In this document: positions 16,668-34,809 of the stretch, piece by piece
Layout of the letters: every line of letters starts with the position of its first letter
Numbering within the stretch: the first letter of the stretch is position 1
Assembly: GCF_009914755.1 (NCBI RefSeq)
Contig: NC_060937.1
From: the human T2T-CHM13v2.0 reference genome, Homo sapiens
Direction: 5' to 3' (one strand)
Length of the DNA stretch: 64,000 nt
Notes under the pieces: generated by a model
What the model was told of the DNA's origin: nothing
Database searches by the model: none
What the model saw: only the letters and a program-made list of their open reading frames with translations
Position numbers and translations under genes: made by a program

Positions 16668-17010
16668 GCAGGCCTGCTCCTAACATTTGTGAGGCACAAA
16701 GCAAGAGTATAGCTGGAGGCCTGCATGTCACATGTCTTTATATTTAGAAATTAGACTAACAAACTATTATACCAAGTATGTACTATCATCCTACTATAAT
16801 GAGCCTAATTTTACAATGACCTCAAAGAGCAAATAAAAATTAAAATTCTCAGACTTTTCAGACTTCCTTACCCCTGGCTCTGCCCCTACTGCTCCATCCT
16901 CTCCCTTTATTTTCCCACCTCTTATTCCTAATCATAACATAAGGGTCCTCACATGCACTCGTGTGGACACTCCAGGCCTGTGTGTCCAAGCTCCTTCAGT
17001 AAAAGAAAAA
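16668..17010 (+). mobile_element. MER45-like hAT DNA transposon fragment
   Basis: caggcctgctcctaacatttgtgaggc...gcaagagtat...ggaggcc start motif. Confidence 0.55.
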
Positions 17011-17184
17011 ACTACCATTGAAGAGCTGAGGAGAATCGTAACAGATAACATTAAAATCATACCATGTGGAAAAAAATATTAAAACCCTGTAGAAGGAAGT
17101 TTCTGGGGTTGATTGCAGAATGTGGAATTGCTCAGTTTGGTTAGAGTTTCAAAAAGAGAAAAACATTAATGCTAAACCCGTAAA

Positions 17185-17620
17185 AATAAGCCTAGATCAT
17201 GATGTCGAAAGCTAGAAAGTTTGAACTTTATTTGGTAGGCAAAGAAGAGGGATTTGAAGGTTATTGAGCAGGGGTGACATAATCAAAGCTGTACTTTAGG
17301 AAGATTAATTTGGCAGCCGAATGCAGAATGAGTAGATTAGAAGCAAGACTGGAGGCAGGGAGAAGAGTTATAGCAGTAGTTTAGGTAAGCAGTAATAAGA
17401 CTGTTAACTAGGGCTAGGGTAATGTACAAGAAGAAAGGGTGGTGTGAGACAGTAGGGAGAAGGAATTGACAGCCCCTGATGAATCACTGGTAATAGGGGA
17501 AAGGAGAGAGACAAATCAAAGAGCACTCAGAGGTCTTGAGCTTCTGTGACTAAAAAAGAATATTGGAAGCCATCAGCAAAAAGTCAGGAGGAGGAGCCAA
17601 ACTGGGGTGAAAATGGTGAG
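17185..17620 (-). mobile_element. L2 LINE fragment
   Basis: gagcaggggtgacataatcaaagctgtactttaggaagattaatttggcag...gactggaggcagggaga motif. Confidence 0.65.
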
Positions 17621-20600
17621 TGGCATTGATGTGTGTTGTGTTAACAACATTAGCAAATCTCCACCCAGGTGAAAATGGCATTGAGACTATTAATGCAAAT
17701 CTGGAACATGGGAGAATCATCAGGAAATCTCATAAAGAGGTGAAACTCTTAAGTCTGACTTGTTTGAAATTAGTTGTGGAAGCTATTCTTTATGCAATCT
17801 CAATGTCTACAGGTTTTCAACATTTTCTCTGGCTCATAGGTTAGTTCCTTGGATTTTCAGGTTGCTAAAAATATATGTGTATTCTGAACAGTTATTTGCA
17901 AACTCTGGACCAGTTAATTCACTTTGGCAAGTTCTACCTTATAATCGATCGTACTGTGGTCTGCTTTATCAGGATTTGGTGATAACAGTTCACATTTTTT
18001 TTCCTGCCACAAATCATTTCCCAATATCAGAACATTCAGTTTTGAGAATTTTGACTTTGTCCAGATTTAGACTTTATGCATTTATCTAACTTAATGCTTA
18101 CAAACAGTGAGTCAGCCTTTGGGCTGACAGATCTCTCAAACCTACTGCGAGGTGCCAGAAGCTCTTATGGCTCTCAAGTGACACATCCATTTGTTGATTA
18201 CAAAAGTCGTTGCCTTTTGTTCTCACTCATACTAGCTACTAAGATACAAACACCCAGACATGCACATCCACGCACACACACAGAGAAGCACATGCACACA
18301 CAGAACTCACAATCTCAAGCAACAATAAAGATGACTTAATTGAGTTAATGCCTTTACTCCTGTGTTCTCAATAACATTACCCAATAACTCCTCTTCAGTT
18401 GTCCCTGATGCACCCAAATATTTCAGTCATTGTTGAAGATCTCAGGATGGCTGCCATTTATGCCAGGATGGAGAAAGAAGCCTTATTACAGTGAGAAAAT
18501 CTCAAATCTCAGTCTTTGGGCAAACGGAAACAGAAACCAGCAATTGGGCTGCACACATTTCCCAGGAGGGACAAAGTCTATGTAAGGTCATTTTTGGTCT
18601 CTGCTTGCCTCCACTTTAGGAAAAATGCCGCTGCCAAACCCTTTGACTCTATCAATGCCTCAGCTTTCAGAGTTGATAGCTAAACCTATATCTCTAATTA
18701 TCTTTTTATAAGTCTCCTCTTTCACATGTATCTCCAACCCAGGCAGCATGGTGAAACATACAGTTCATAATAAGGGAATGTGGACTCCCTTGAGCATTTC
18801 AGGGTGAAGGCGCACTGTGGGTGTTAAAAGGGAAAATATTTAAAGATCAGTGGTGGTTTTCTGCTAACAGAAGTGTCAAGTTTTTAAAGGGGACATGTGG
18901 CACTAATAAAAGAGCATTTCATGAATAAAATAAGACAGACAAAACCAAAAATAGAAATAATATCTATAACATGCTATATAATGACTTTTGCATTGGCCAA
19001 TTACCTATTGCCTCCCACAGCAAACAAAATCTGAAAAAGAGCAGACATAGATACACAATCTCCCATTTTTGCTGGAAAAAATGCTCTTTTCATCAGAACT
19101 TTGGCCTACTTCTTATATATCTTGCCAATGTTTGCTTGATCATTCGTTTATTCCTTGAATAAATTCCCAGTCAAGCCTAGTTCTCCTTACCTGGCCTTCA
19201 CCTATTAAAGCCCTGGACAGACTGACTCTATTTGCTTCTCTAACTTTCATAACTTTTCAGGATGCTCTTGACCCTGAGTCATAAATATACATACGTGTAA
19301 CTTAAGAGTTATTTATAGGCCAGCAGTCATCAAAGGGACAAATATGCATGTTCCCAAAGTATATGTAACTACTTCGAAAAAGTAAAGAGGCCTTAAAACT
19401 AAATTTCTTAAAAGCTAGGGGAAAAAAAAGAGAGAATGTACCATAGGCAATATACAAGACTTCATTCGATCTGGGTTTGAATTATGGGATAAAACTAGTA
19501 TGCGCCATTAGTGATTCTGAAGATTAGTTGATACAAACATTTTCAAAAGATAGTAAAGGATTTTTTTAATATTTGTCTTCTCAACTCACTATATGGTATT
19601 TTCTATACCAAATTACATTAAACAATCATTTATATCTTCTATTTTTACGAATAAAAGAGAAAATAATTAGACTTTGGATTCGCAAGTACCACATTGAAAT
19701 TTATGATTTTCATTAGATTGCTAACTATTTTTTAAATACCAGGAGTACTCTTACCACTACCTTTGAAGATCCTAGGAATCTGATGTTCTCAGTTGGGAGT
19801 CATTTCTTAAGTTATTAGGCAGGTAAAATGGATTAAATGCTGAGTTAAGGCAGGCCACTAAACACATGATCAAATTAGAGGGGTCAGGATTTATGACTCG
19901 ACTTTCTTTAGCAAAAGAAGGGAAGGTGAGCCCAAGCAATAGACAGAGCTTGATGAATGAAGGAAACCAGGTTGATGAGAGATGCTGAAGTCAGACATCA
20001 GACTCATGGGAAGGAGGAAGATAAGGCAAGGTAGTCAAGCCATCGAATGATCAACACATAAGCCTACAGTGTGTTGAGACAACAGTGGCTGGTTAAGTGG
20101 AGTAAGTCAACCTTCCTGCTGGGGAATAGTTAGTGGTCAGGTTACAACAAATTCAAGTGTGGAAAAATTAGATCCAAGTTACACATCTAGTGGGACAACT
20201 CAAAATCTCCAGGAAACCCTGTGATTAGGGGAGATAAGTCATTCTCCTCTTAAAATGATAATTCTCCAAGTAGGTTTTCACAGAAGTCTTAAAAACCATG
20301 AAAAAGACTAATAAACAGTAACAACTTCAAGCATTATAAATTAAAAATAAAATAAATTTAAAAAATCACAGGTTTAGCTCCACTGAACTAGATATACAAT
20401 AGGCCTCTGGCACAGCACAGCAAGGATTCCTATTAATTTAAATAGGGTAAAATGAGAAAGAAAATTCACATCAGAACATTCATGAAATAAAAATGCAGGT
20501 TCTGAGCAAAGTCAACACAAGTTTACTGTCAGGGCTCAAAGCCTCCTGTACCTACTCCCAATGGGGTGCCACCTTAATGCTTTCTGCTCAGTGTCCTATT

Positions 20601-21250
20601 GTGTTTGAGTTTTGCCAGTTTGATCTTTAACTGTGAATTTCCTCTTCCTGATTGCACTAAGGCAGAATGCAATCTCTTTTTGAAGTCACTTTTGCTGGGT
20701 GAATATTTTAAATCTAGGTCTGTGTTATATAGAATATACAGAACATTTGTACCAGTTTACAGAAAAGCTTTAGCAATCATATCACATCTGTAAGGACTAT
20801 TAATGTCAATGGAAAGGCAGTGAGCCTGATGATCCACATATATCTGCTAAAACTGCTGGAGCAGAGTAGACAATGAAGGAAGGAAAATACAGTATAGAAA
20901 ACCAGCATGGTGCCAATGAGGTTGAAAAATATTCTAATGCTTTGCTTTTGAAATTGTTTACCTGTAGAATAAATCCATTAAAATATCAATATCAAACTAT
21001 GTATCCTGAAACTAGTATTTTAGGGGAAAGTCTTTTGTTAATAAAAATTTTAATTATTTGCTTTTGACTTTTACTTGTTCATTCATGTTTTGTTTGTAAT
21101 ACATTAAAAGAAGAAAACACAACCACACAATTGGTAGATTATGTAAGACAACCATTGAGGTGGAAGAGTTTTCTCATTTCCAAGTTACTATGAGCATAAC
21201 TCATAATTGTTAGCAGTTAACGGGTTAAATACGTATTACAGATGCATACA

Positions 21251-21568
21251 TTTTTGTTTGTTTGTTTGTTTGTTGTTGTTGTTTCTTGAGATGGAGTCTC
21301 ACTCTTCTTGCCCAGCCTGGAGTGTAATGGCACGATTTTGGCTCACTGCAACCCTCCGCCTCCTAGGTTCAAGCAATTCTCCTGCCTCAGCCTCCTGAGT
21401 AGCTGGGATTACAGGTGCGTGCTACCATGCCAGGCTAATTTTTGTATTTTTAGGAGAGATGGAGTTTCACCATGTTGGCAAGGCTGGTCTCAAACTCCTG
21501 ACCTCAGGTGATCCACCCTGGGCCTCCGAAAGTGTTTGGATTATAGGTGTGAGCCACTGCACCCAGCC
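21251..21568 (-). mobile_element. AluS (Sq/Sp-like)
   Basis: Full dimer with a (TTTG)n tail and cctgacctcaggtgatcc. Confidence 0.93.
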
Positions 21569-21975
21569 TCATAAAGTTTTATAATATATAAATTCAGATG
21601 GATTAAAGAGATAAAGTAGTTTTTAAGAACATCATAATTTTCCTGGGAGAAACAAATATGTATATATAGGAGCCTATTTAGTTTTCATCAATGATGACTG
21701 AACTCAGCATAAAATTGATATAAAAATTAAAGAAAAAGGATGGTAGAGATCTAAGTTTTAAAAATTAAGAAATAAATGAAAATAAGATGCAAATTACAAA
21801 CCCTGTGCAAAAAAAATCCAATATACGTGGCAAAAATTAATATTCCTACTAGAAAAGGGAGTCTTAAAATGGAATATTAAAAAAATTCAAAAAATTGAAA
21901 AAAGGGCAAAGATCTGAACAGCTAATTTCAAAATAAAAAATACAGTTTAAAATATAAAAAAATTATTTAACCTTA

Positions 21976-22720
21976 TGTTATGAACTGAATTGTATCTCCC
22001 TATTCCACCCCCTAAATTCATACATATTGAAACTGTAATCCTCAATGTGATGATATTTGAAGGGCCTATGGGAAGTAATTAGATTTAGATGAGGTCATGA
22101 GGATGGGATCTTGTCTAAACCTTGTGATGGGATTAGTGTCCTCAAAAGAAGAGACAACACAGAGCTTGCTTCTTCTCCCTCTGTCTCTGTACACGTGCAC
22201 TGAGGAAAGGCCATGTAAGGACATAGCTAGAAGGTGCCTGTCTGTAAGCCATGAAGGGAGCCATTACCAGGAGCCAAATAGGCCAACATGCCAAGCATGT
22301 TCACTCACACTTATAATCTCAGAATTTTGGGAGGCTGAGGCGAGCAGGTTGCTTGAGCCCAGGAGTTTGAGACCAGCCTGGGCAACATGGCAAAACCCAG
22401 CATCTACAAAAAATACAAAAAAAATTAGCTGGTGTGATGGCGCACACCTGTAGTCCCAGCTACTCAGGAGACTGAGGTGGGAAGATCACCTGAGCCCAGG
22501 AAGTCGATGCTTCAGTGAGCCATGATCATGTCACTGCATTCCAGCCTGGGCAACAGAGTGAAATCCCGACTCAAAAAAACAAAAAAAAAAAAAAAAAAAA
22601 AAAGGCCAACACCTTGATTTTGGACTTCTCAGCACCCTGAACTATGAGGAAGAAAATGTCAGTTTTTTAACCCACTCAGTCTATAGTATTTTGTTATGGC
22701 AGTCCACGTGCACTAAGACA
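21976..22720 (+). mobile_element. MLT1A/B-type MaLR solo LTR containing an Alu
   Basis: tgttatgaactgaattgt...ctaagaca; perfect 5-bp TSD cctta (21971-21975, 22721-22725). Confidence 0.85.
22289..22602 (+). mobile_element. AluJ
   Basis: gcttgagcccaggagtttgagaccagcctgggcaac diagnostics; TSD aggccaaca. Confidence 0.92.
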
Positions 22721-22727
22721 CCTTATT

Positions 22728-23500
22728 TGTGTCTTTTGTTATTTGTAATGAGTCCCTTTGATAATACCTGAGTTTATGCTAATGAGGTGACTTAGGATGG
22801 GATCCCTAGATAGCCTCAGGATGGAACTGGCTGCCAGAAAGGCCAAATGGTCAGTAAGTTGGAACTTTCAGCCCCACCTACTGATCTCTGGGAAGGGAGT
22901 AAGGAGGCTGGAGATCAAGCTCTATAAAAATTCTTCAACAGCAAGATTTGATGAGCTTCCAGATGTCTGATGCTAAACATATATGGAAATGCTGGGAGGG
23001 TGGCATGACCAGACAGGGCATGGAAGCGTGGAGCCCTACCCTCCTACCTCGCTCTATATGGCTCTTCCATCTGGTTGCTTATTGGTATTATTTGTAACAT
23101 CCTTTAAAATAAATAGGTAAAGATAAGTAGTGTTTTGCTGAGTTCTATGAGCCACTCTAGCAAATTAACTGAACTTGAGGCAGAGATTGTGGGAGCCCCA
23201 GTGTAGAGCTGATTGGTCAGAAGCAGAGGTCACAACTGTGGCTTGCAATTGGCATCTGAAGCGAGGATTGTGTTGAGGGACTGAGCCCTGAAAACCCAAG
23301 GGATCTGATGCTACCTCCAGGTAGATCGAGTCCGAATTAAATTAAGTTATAGGACACCTGGTTGGTGTCCACTGGAGAATTGCTTGGTGATGGGGAGAAT
23401 CTCCACGCACATTTTGGTAACCAGAGGTGAAGTGTTCTGTGTTGAGTATTGAATATGTTAAGTGTGTAAGAGTAGGAAAACACTTTCTTTTCCTACCTCA
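22728..23500 (+). mobile_element. MER21-family LTR
   Basis: cctgagtttatgctaatgaggtgact, ggaactttcagcccc, gagttctatgagccactctagcaaatta and ggatctgatgctacctccaggtagat motifs. Confidence 0.82.
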
Positions 23501-23859
23501 AATAGAAGCGCAAATCAAAATCCTAGGTAACATTTTTCATATAAAATTGGCAAGTATTTAAATATATAGTAATACCCTGTGTACGTGAGGGAATGAAGAC
23601 TATAGATGTTTTATATACTTTTGGTGGAGCCATAAGTTGGTATATATTGTTCACAATTTGTCAGTCTGTATTGATTCTTAAGTAGCTATGACCTTCAATC
23701 CTATAATTCAATTTCTAGGAATTTAACTAGAAGGTAGTTCATCAGAATGTGATTTAGGATAGGAAACAATTTGAAATAATCTACACATCCAGTGTTAGGA
23801 GGGTCACTAAATAAATTTTATCCATAGGATGGGATATTTCATATCTCTATGTATAATTT

Positions 23860-26830
23860 AGATTTTCAAGTTCCTGTTTTCAGGTAACAAAACAAAGACT
23901 GGATTTTCCTTTTCTCAGCTTGGATATCAAAACATGAAGTCAAAGATAATAGAAAGATCAATCTTTATAATGCCAGAAAATATCTGTAGCCTCAAACACT
24001 GTGAAGGTTAACGAGGACTGCAGAAAGATACTAAAGAGGAGCCTCAAGGTTGCAGATTTCAGACAAAGTCAACAGTGTAGTTTTTCAAAGTAGGTGGCAT
24101 ATACTAATGGAAGAAATCCAGCAATCCCATATTTAAAAAATATGACCCAGCTGCAGGCAGGAAGCTTCCTGGTCCTAGATTGGCAACAAGTTGATGCCAG
24201 AGGGACCAGCCCAAGTGAGAAGTAGCAGCGGCCAGCCATATTTACAGGAAGCAGTCTGCAAGCAAGGCAGAGCAAAAGGGAGAGTCTCTACATTTTGAGA
24301 AGCCCTGAAGCTTCTGATCACTGTGGCTAACAGAAAATAAGAGCCAGGGTCATGTCTGACCCTGCTTCAAAAGAAACATTATTATGAACCAGAAGAAATT
24401 CCTACTCATATAAAATATGGCTGTAGCCTGACCCTCAAGTGATTCTTGGGCAAATACCTGGGCAAGAATTAACTTCAACCAAATATGTGTACAATTTGAA
24501 AAAGAAACAGTGCAAGCTATAAATGTACAGCAGATTATACCTATATATAATTATATAGAAAATTACAAGTGATTCAACAAAAACAAATTGCAGATAATTA
24601 ACACAAGAAAAAATGGTTGTCTTTCATGTCATGGAACATATGAAAATTGTCATCAAACACAGCATAGCAAATCAATATTTTAAATAAAAACCTTTTAGAT
24701 AAAAAATCTTAAAGCAGATAAATGAGTTTAGAGAAAATATATATAATAAGACAGTGAAACCAGAGAAATAAAACCAATCAGCAAAGACATGAAATGGCAG
24801 AGATGAGGAAAGAAGTAAGAGATAAATAGAAACTATCATGGAAATGAGAATCTCACCAGAAGCAGCACAGAAGAGAAAGACAAACTGGAATGCCAGTGAG
24901 GAAGAGCTTGGGAAAGATGAGCTAATAAAAGTCAAAATAACTATTAAAAAGAAAGTTACTGTTGAGGAAGAAAGCAGAATAAATGGAATTTTCAAATACT
25001 TTAAAGTAATTTTTAGTTTTTCTAAATTTCCAGAAATGAAGGATAACTTGCATGTACAGATTGAAATATCCTATCATGTCCTAGAAAAATCTGATCCAGG
25101 ATCAAAATTGAGTCAAATGTTAGAAAAGTTTCTGGACTTCAAAAGTAAAGAGTGGGGAGGAAGAATCACTAACATTTAACTTCATGAAAAGTAAAAACCC
25201 AAATAGATGCACAAGCATATGTGAAAGTAAAATGGTCTTTGCTTTATGAAGAAGCTGGCCTAGGTAGGGTTACAAATGGGTTTTACTGAACTTAAACAGC
25301 TAATTCCTACATCTCTGAAAATAATCAGAATAGAAAAATAGATGGAAAAATTTCAAACCCACTGTAAGAGACTAACATAAATCCAATTCCAAAAGCTGTT
25401 AATCATACCATCTAAAAAGAAAACTGTCGACTAATCATGTGTTTACAAACCAAAATAAAATATTAACAAATTAAATATAACAGTGTATTTAAAGAATAAT
25501 ACACCAAAATCAGCATAGTGAACCCCAGAATACATGTAAGCTTATACTAGGAAAACCATTAATGAAGTTTTTGACATTAGCTGACTAAAAGAGAAATATG
25601 AATAAAGAAAAAAGGGCCACATCAATTTCTAATTTTAAAATGAAAGGAAATAAAATCAGGTAAAGTTTCCCTATAGAAATCTAGAAAGGAAACGTACCTA
25701 GAAAGAAATAGGAAGTAATTCTACTGAACTTTGAATGATCAATGCCATCATTCATTATTTCATTTGCACTCTTATAAAACAGAATAAAACTTGAGAAAGA
25801 AATCATTGACATGCTTGTTAAAAAAGAAAGCGACCTAGCTTTCACTAGTTACAATCAATTTAGATTAAAAAACGGATAAACACAAAAGCGTATACAGACA
25901 CAAATAATCCATGAAGTAGAAATTAGAACAGAAAATATTTTCAAAGATACTAGAGGATATTTTCTAAAATACAGGAAGAACTTAATGTGCATATGAATGA
26001 GCATAATGTCTCTTAGAAATACATGCATTTATGCTCAATAATCGGCACTCAGAGTCTATCAATGTTACTGGATTTAATATATTAAATAAGTCACATATAG
26101 GAGAAAAAAGTTAAAACATAAGAGACAAAAGAATGGACATAGAAAAATTAATAACAATTTAAATATATGTGTCTGTATAAATATATATTATATTGTGAAA
26201 ACAGAATGATGTATGATCATTTTAACAGATACGAAAAGTTTTGATTGAACTGAAAAAGAATTGACTTTTAAAATTTGAAAAATGGTTACTTCCTCTAATT
26301 TTTTAAAAAATTACTATGTACGAAAGAACTGAAGCCTGTTCCGTCAATTCAAGATGACTCACAAGTGCTCTGAGGGGCATGTTTCAACCTCCCTAGCTGC
26401 AGCCAGCTCACTTAACCTACTTTTTTTTTTTTTTTTTTTGGTCTTTTTGACTACAAGCATGTTTCTGGTGGCCTTTGGATGTTGGATTTTAACAACAACC
26501 TTAGAGAAATTGTTAAAAAGATTTATGTACATACTTAATATGGAATACTCTGCAGCTTTAATAATGCAGACAGATCTCCAAGACGTATTTTTATATGAAA
26601 AGGCAAGTTGCTGAGCTATATGAAAAGTATGTTCAAATTCATATTTTAAAAAAATTACATATGTAACAGAATTCATGTACTCAACAGTTGAATATCAAAT
26701 TATTCATTTGGGAAGAAGTAGAGGGAGATTTGAATTAAACTTAGATGTTTTATTCCATATATTTCTGAAATGTTTGGATCTGTCCATAAAGATATTTTCA
26801 TGTATTCTGTGTTTAAAAATTAAAATACAT
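23860..26830 (+). mobile_element. Ancient L1M/HAL1-like fragments (boundaries approximate)
   Basis: A-rich + strand. ORF 24838..25179 contains FPEMKDNLHVQIEISYH, which resembles the L1 ORF1 NFP...LQIE.AHR motif. Confidence 0.45.
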
Positions 26831-26979
26831 TTTTAAAGGATTATCTGATAAAGGCCTAAGTTAGACATCGCCAAGTGCTAATTACTCTAATGAATTGTTA
26901 ATAAGCTTGAATCTGCAATGTTTTCTTGTAAATAGCTTTTGTGGGGGATTCGTGTTTGTTTGTGGGGTTTTTTGTTTTA

Positions 26980-27278
26980 TTTTATTTTATTTTTTTGAGA
27001 CGAAGTGAGTCTCGCACCGTCGCCAGACTGGAGTGCAGTGGCGCCATCTCGGCTCACTGCAACCTCCGCCTCCTGGTTCAAGCTATTCTCCCCCCTCAGC
27101 TCCCCGAGTAGCTGGGACTACAGGCGCCCGCCACCACGCCAGCCTAATTTTTGTATTTCTAGAAGAAATGGGGTTTCCCCATGTTGGCCAGGATGGTCTC
27201 GATCTTTTGACCCCGTGATGCCCCTACCTCGGCCTCCCAAAGTGCTGGGATTACAGGCATGAGCCACAGCGCCCGGGC
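26980..27278 (-). mobile_element. AluS (Sc-like)
   Basis: Full dimer, ggatggtctcgatc; flanking ggggttttttgtttta-like repeat. Confidence 0.92.
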
Positions 27279-28599
27279 AGGGGTTTTTTGTTTTAGTATT
27301 TTTCTTCATTTTTGTTTTTGCAAAGGCATTCTAAATGATAGTCTATAAATTCAGAAGGAAAGGCATGATACCTGATCCCAAAAGTATTTACCCTATCTAC
27401 TAATGGGTAGCCGAAAGAAAACACGTTTAGCTTAAACTTTTTATCTCATTAAAATGTATAATGCCCTGAAGTAGACAGTACTTTAAGTAATCAGTAACTG
27501 TATTTAAAGGCAGATGATTTTTTATCCCTTTCTTAGGAAAAGGAAGACAATGAGAAAACTTGAAATAGAGAGTGAGAATATCTAAAGGAAAAGTGGGAGA
27601 ATTGCAAGTCTAGAAATACCGTAGATAAACTTATGTACTTGTTAAAAAATACCTAGGGCTTGAATTGTAAGTTAACACAATCAGCAAGTCTTCTGCATTA
27701 AAATATCAGAGGAGAAAGATGAACGTGGTCACACGAGGAAAGAGTCTTAAATCATTAGCTATTTTTAATATTTTAAAATATAAAACAGAATTTGGATTTG
27801 GTAATGTTTAAATGAAAAAGAAAAATAAGGAAGAATCATTATACAAATACTGATGTAATAGACTCCAACAGGATTAGAGCACATTTACTCTTTACTATCA
27901 GAGCACATTTTTAATTTCTGATGAATATTTTCCGAACAATTTACACTTTAAATTTGACAAACAACTAAATACTGAAGATGTGAAATATGGCAGGAACAAT
28001 TGTCCCAAGCATTCCAGTCTGCACAACAAAATAATGTTATTAAACTATTAGGTTAAATTTAAATCCAACATAATTGATTTTGGATTTAAAAAACAAGACA
28101 AAAAATAATTATATGCACAATTTTTTTAAAATACAAAACAAAAGGAAAGTTTGTCCAGGCTAGACTGTCCAAACAGCAAAAATTCATGTTAGTCATAATG
28201 TGGTGTTATGAAAGGTGTTATAAACTATTCACCTAAATATTGCCCTACTCAAACATTTTCATTCTCTTAGGGATTTGAGATAGACTTTAATTTTTTTTTT
28301 TAATTTTTTATTTATTTATTTTTTTATTATACTTTAAGTTTTAGGGTACATGTGCACATTGTGCAGGTTAGTTACATATGTGTACATGTGCCATGCTGGT
28401 GCACTGCACCCACTAACTTGTCATCTAGCATTAGGTATATCTCCCGATGCTATCCCTCCCCCCTCCCCCCACCCCACAACAGTCCCCAGAGTGTGATATT
28501 CCCCTTCCTGTGTCCATGTGATCTCATTGTTCAATTCCCACCTATGAGTGAGAATATGCGGTGTTTGGTTTTTTGTTCTTGTGATAGTTTACTGAGAAT

Positions 28600-32449
<3,850 letters not shown>

Positions 32450-32497
32450 TTATTTTGCTCATTAGTTGATGCAGTTTCTTCCTAGTCTCAATGGTCT

Positions 32498-32936
32498 TTA
32501 CATTTTGGCATGATTTTGCAGCGGCTGGTACCGGTTTTTCCTTTCCATGTTTAGTGCTTCCTTCAGGAGCTCTTGTAAAGCAGGCCTGGTGGTGACAAAA
32601 TCTCTCAGCATTTGCTTGTCTGTAAAGTATTTTATTTCTCCTTCACTTATGAAGCTTAGTTTGGCTGGATATGAAATTCTGGGTTGAAAATTCTTTTCTT
32701 TAAGAATGTTGAATATTGGCCCCCACTCTCTTCTGGCTTGTAGGGTTTCTGCTGAGAGATCTGCTGTTAGTCTGATGGGCTTCCCTTTGAGGGTAACCCG
32801 ACCTTTCTCTCTGGCTGCTCTTAACATTTTTTCCTTCATTTCAGCTTTGGTGAATCTGACAATTATGTGTCTTGGAGTTGCTCTTCTCGAGGAGTATCTT
32901 TGTGGCGTTCTCTGTATTTCCTGAATCTGAACGTTG
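32498..32936 (-). pseudogene. L1 ORF1 C-terminal part
   Basis: MKEKMLRAAREKGRVTLKGKPIRLTADLSAETLQARREW...QNHAKM. Confidence 0.95.
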
Positions 32937-33619
32937 AGATAGACTTTTAAAAAGGAGCAGATTGTTACTGACTTCTTCAGGGTGTGTGTGTGTGTCTATT
33001 AAAAACAGAGCATTCTTCTCAGTATTCTAAATATCCTCTGACTTTTAAAAATAATGTATTTGCAGAAATATTAACATACTCCATTTGGCAATAAAGGTGG
33101 ACAGGAAATTTAAGCACTGCATGGGAAGGATAATAAGATAACCTTTAAACCCTCTTTCAACTCTGAGAGTCTGTGATTCCAAACCAAAGGAGGCTGCAGT
33201 TAAAATGTAGATGTGAATTGAAATCATCTGCTAGTTTCAGACAATGCTTATAAGCTAGATTTTAGGCTTATACTCCTCTTTATCTAATTTAATTAAGAAT
33301 GAGTTGGGTTTTAAATAAAAATATTAGTAATATCCTATTGAAAAAAACAAATGATTTTATCCAGGAGAGATCATTCACAACTGGGAAATACAGAAGTTCC
33401 TTAATATAACATTATATTTTACAGCCATCCAGAGAAGCACCTTAGTCTCTTCAATCGCTCTCATCATTTGCTTGCTTTTACTTGCAATTGTATACCATGC
33501 TCACGTTTTTCAGCAAATAATTGTTATTTGAAACGCTCTGGCTTCTGGTGAGAGGTCACTGGCTTTATAGAAGACATTAAAACATTTATTTTTATATCTA
33601 TTATTCCTGGTTTTATTTT

Positions 33620-33754
33620 TATGACTTTCAATTTTGATACAATTTTAAACTTACAGAAATTATGCTGAATAGTCCACGAAAGTTCCCCATAACTTTTAAT
33701 CTGCTCCAACAACTTTATAATTTACTTCTTGTTTTATCATTCTCTCTCAACATA

Positions 33755-33803
<49 letters not shown>

Positions 33804-34150
33804 CTACAGCATTTCAGAGTTCCTTGGAGATTTCTTGCTTCTTTATTCCTAAATATTTGTGTGTATTTTCTAAAAGCAGGACATTCTCCCACGTAACAGT
33901 AATTCAATTATCAAAATCACAAAATATTATTATCTAAACCAAAGGCTGTATTCAAATTTGTCAATGTAACAGTAATGCCCTTTTTAACTTCCTCCCAACC
34001 CCCACCACTGGTCTAGGACCCAATTCAAGTCACAATTTGCAATTAGTTGCTATATCCCTTTAGTCTCCTTTAATTTAGTAGAATTCCTCAGTGTTTCTTA
34101 ACTCAGTATTTTAGAAGAATACAGGCCAACGATTTTGTATAAGAGGTACA
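33620..34150 (-). mobile_element. Old L1 (L1MC/ME) 3' fragment with embedded (CA)n at 33757-33800
   Basis: aattttaaacttacagaaa, ggacattctcc, attcaaatttg, cctttagtctcctttaat and gaagaatacaggcc motifs. Confidence 0.6.
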
Positions 34151-34442
34151 GGCCAGGAAGATATTAATGAGATTGATATATAATACCTATTCTTTTGGGA
34201 AAACCATGACTATGTGGGAATTATAAGACAGAAAAAAGGATGCCTTCTTTTTTCAAACTCATTCATCCAAAGGGACACTTTTATGCAATTGACTTATTTT
34301 ATCTAATTGATTCACCCTTTTTCAATCAGTGCACCAATTCTGCGAGATGAGATTCAGCCACTCTTAGTGTCTGCTTAATGCTATAGACAAACAATAAGAT
34401 AGAAATTTTTATGTTTTTCTTAAAGTTCTTTTTATATGGATC

Positions 34443-34809
34443 TGCTATAGTCTGAATGCATGCTAAAAATGTCATGTGTTGAAAACTCAATCCTAAAATC
34501 CATATGTTGACTAGAGGCGGACCATTGGAAGGTAATGAGAATTAGGTAAGATCATCGGGGTGGAGCCCCCATGATGAGATTAGTGACTTTATAACAAGAG
34601 GAAGACAGACCTGAGCTAGCAGCTTCCTCTGTTTTGCCACATCATGACACAGCAGGAAGGCCCTCAGCAGAAGCTGCTGCCATGTCCTTGGACTATCTAG
34701 CCTTCTAAACTTACAAAATAAGTTTATCATGAGCCAAATAAACTTATTTTCTTTGCAAATTACCCAGTATCAAGTGTTCAGTTATAGCAACAGAAAACAG
34801 ACTAAGACA
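34443..34809 (+). mobile_element. MST/MLT1A-type MaLR solo LTR
   Basis: tgctatagtctgaatg...gttatagcaacagaaaacagactaagaca; TSD ggatc / ggttc. Confidence 0.82.
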
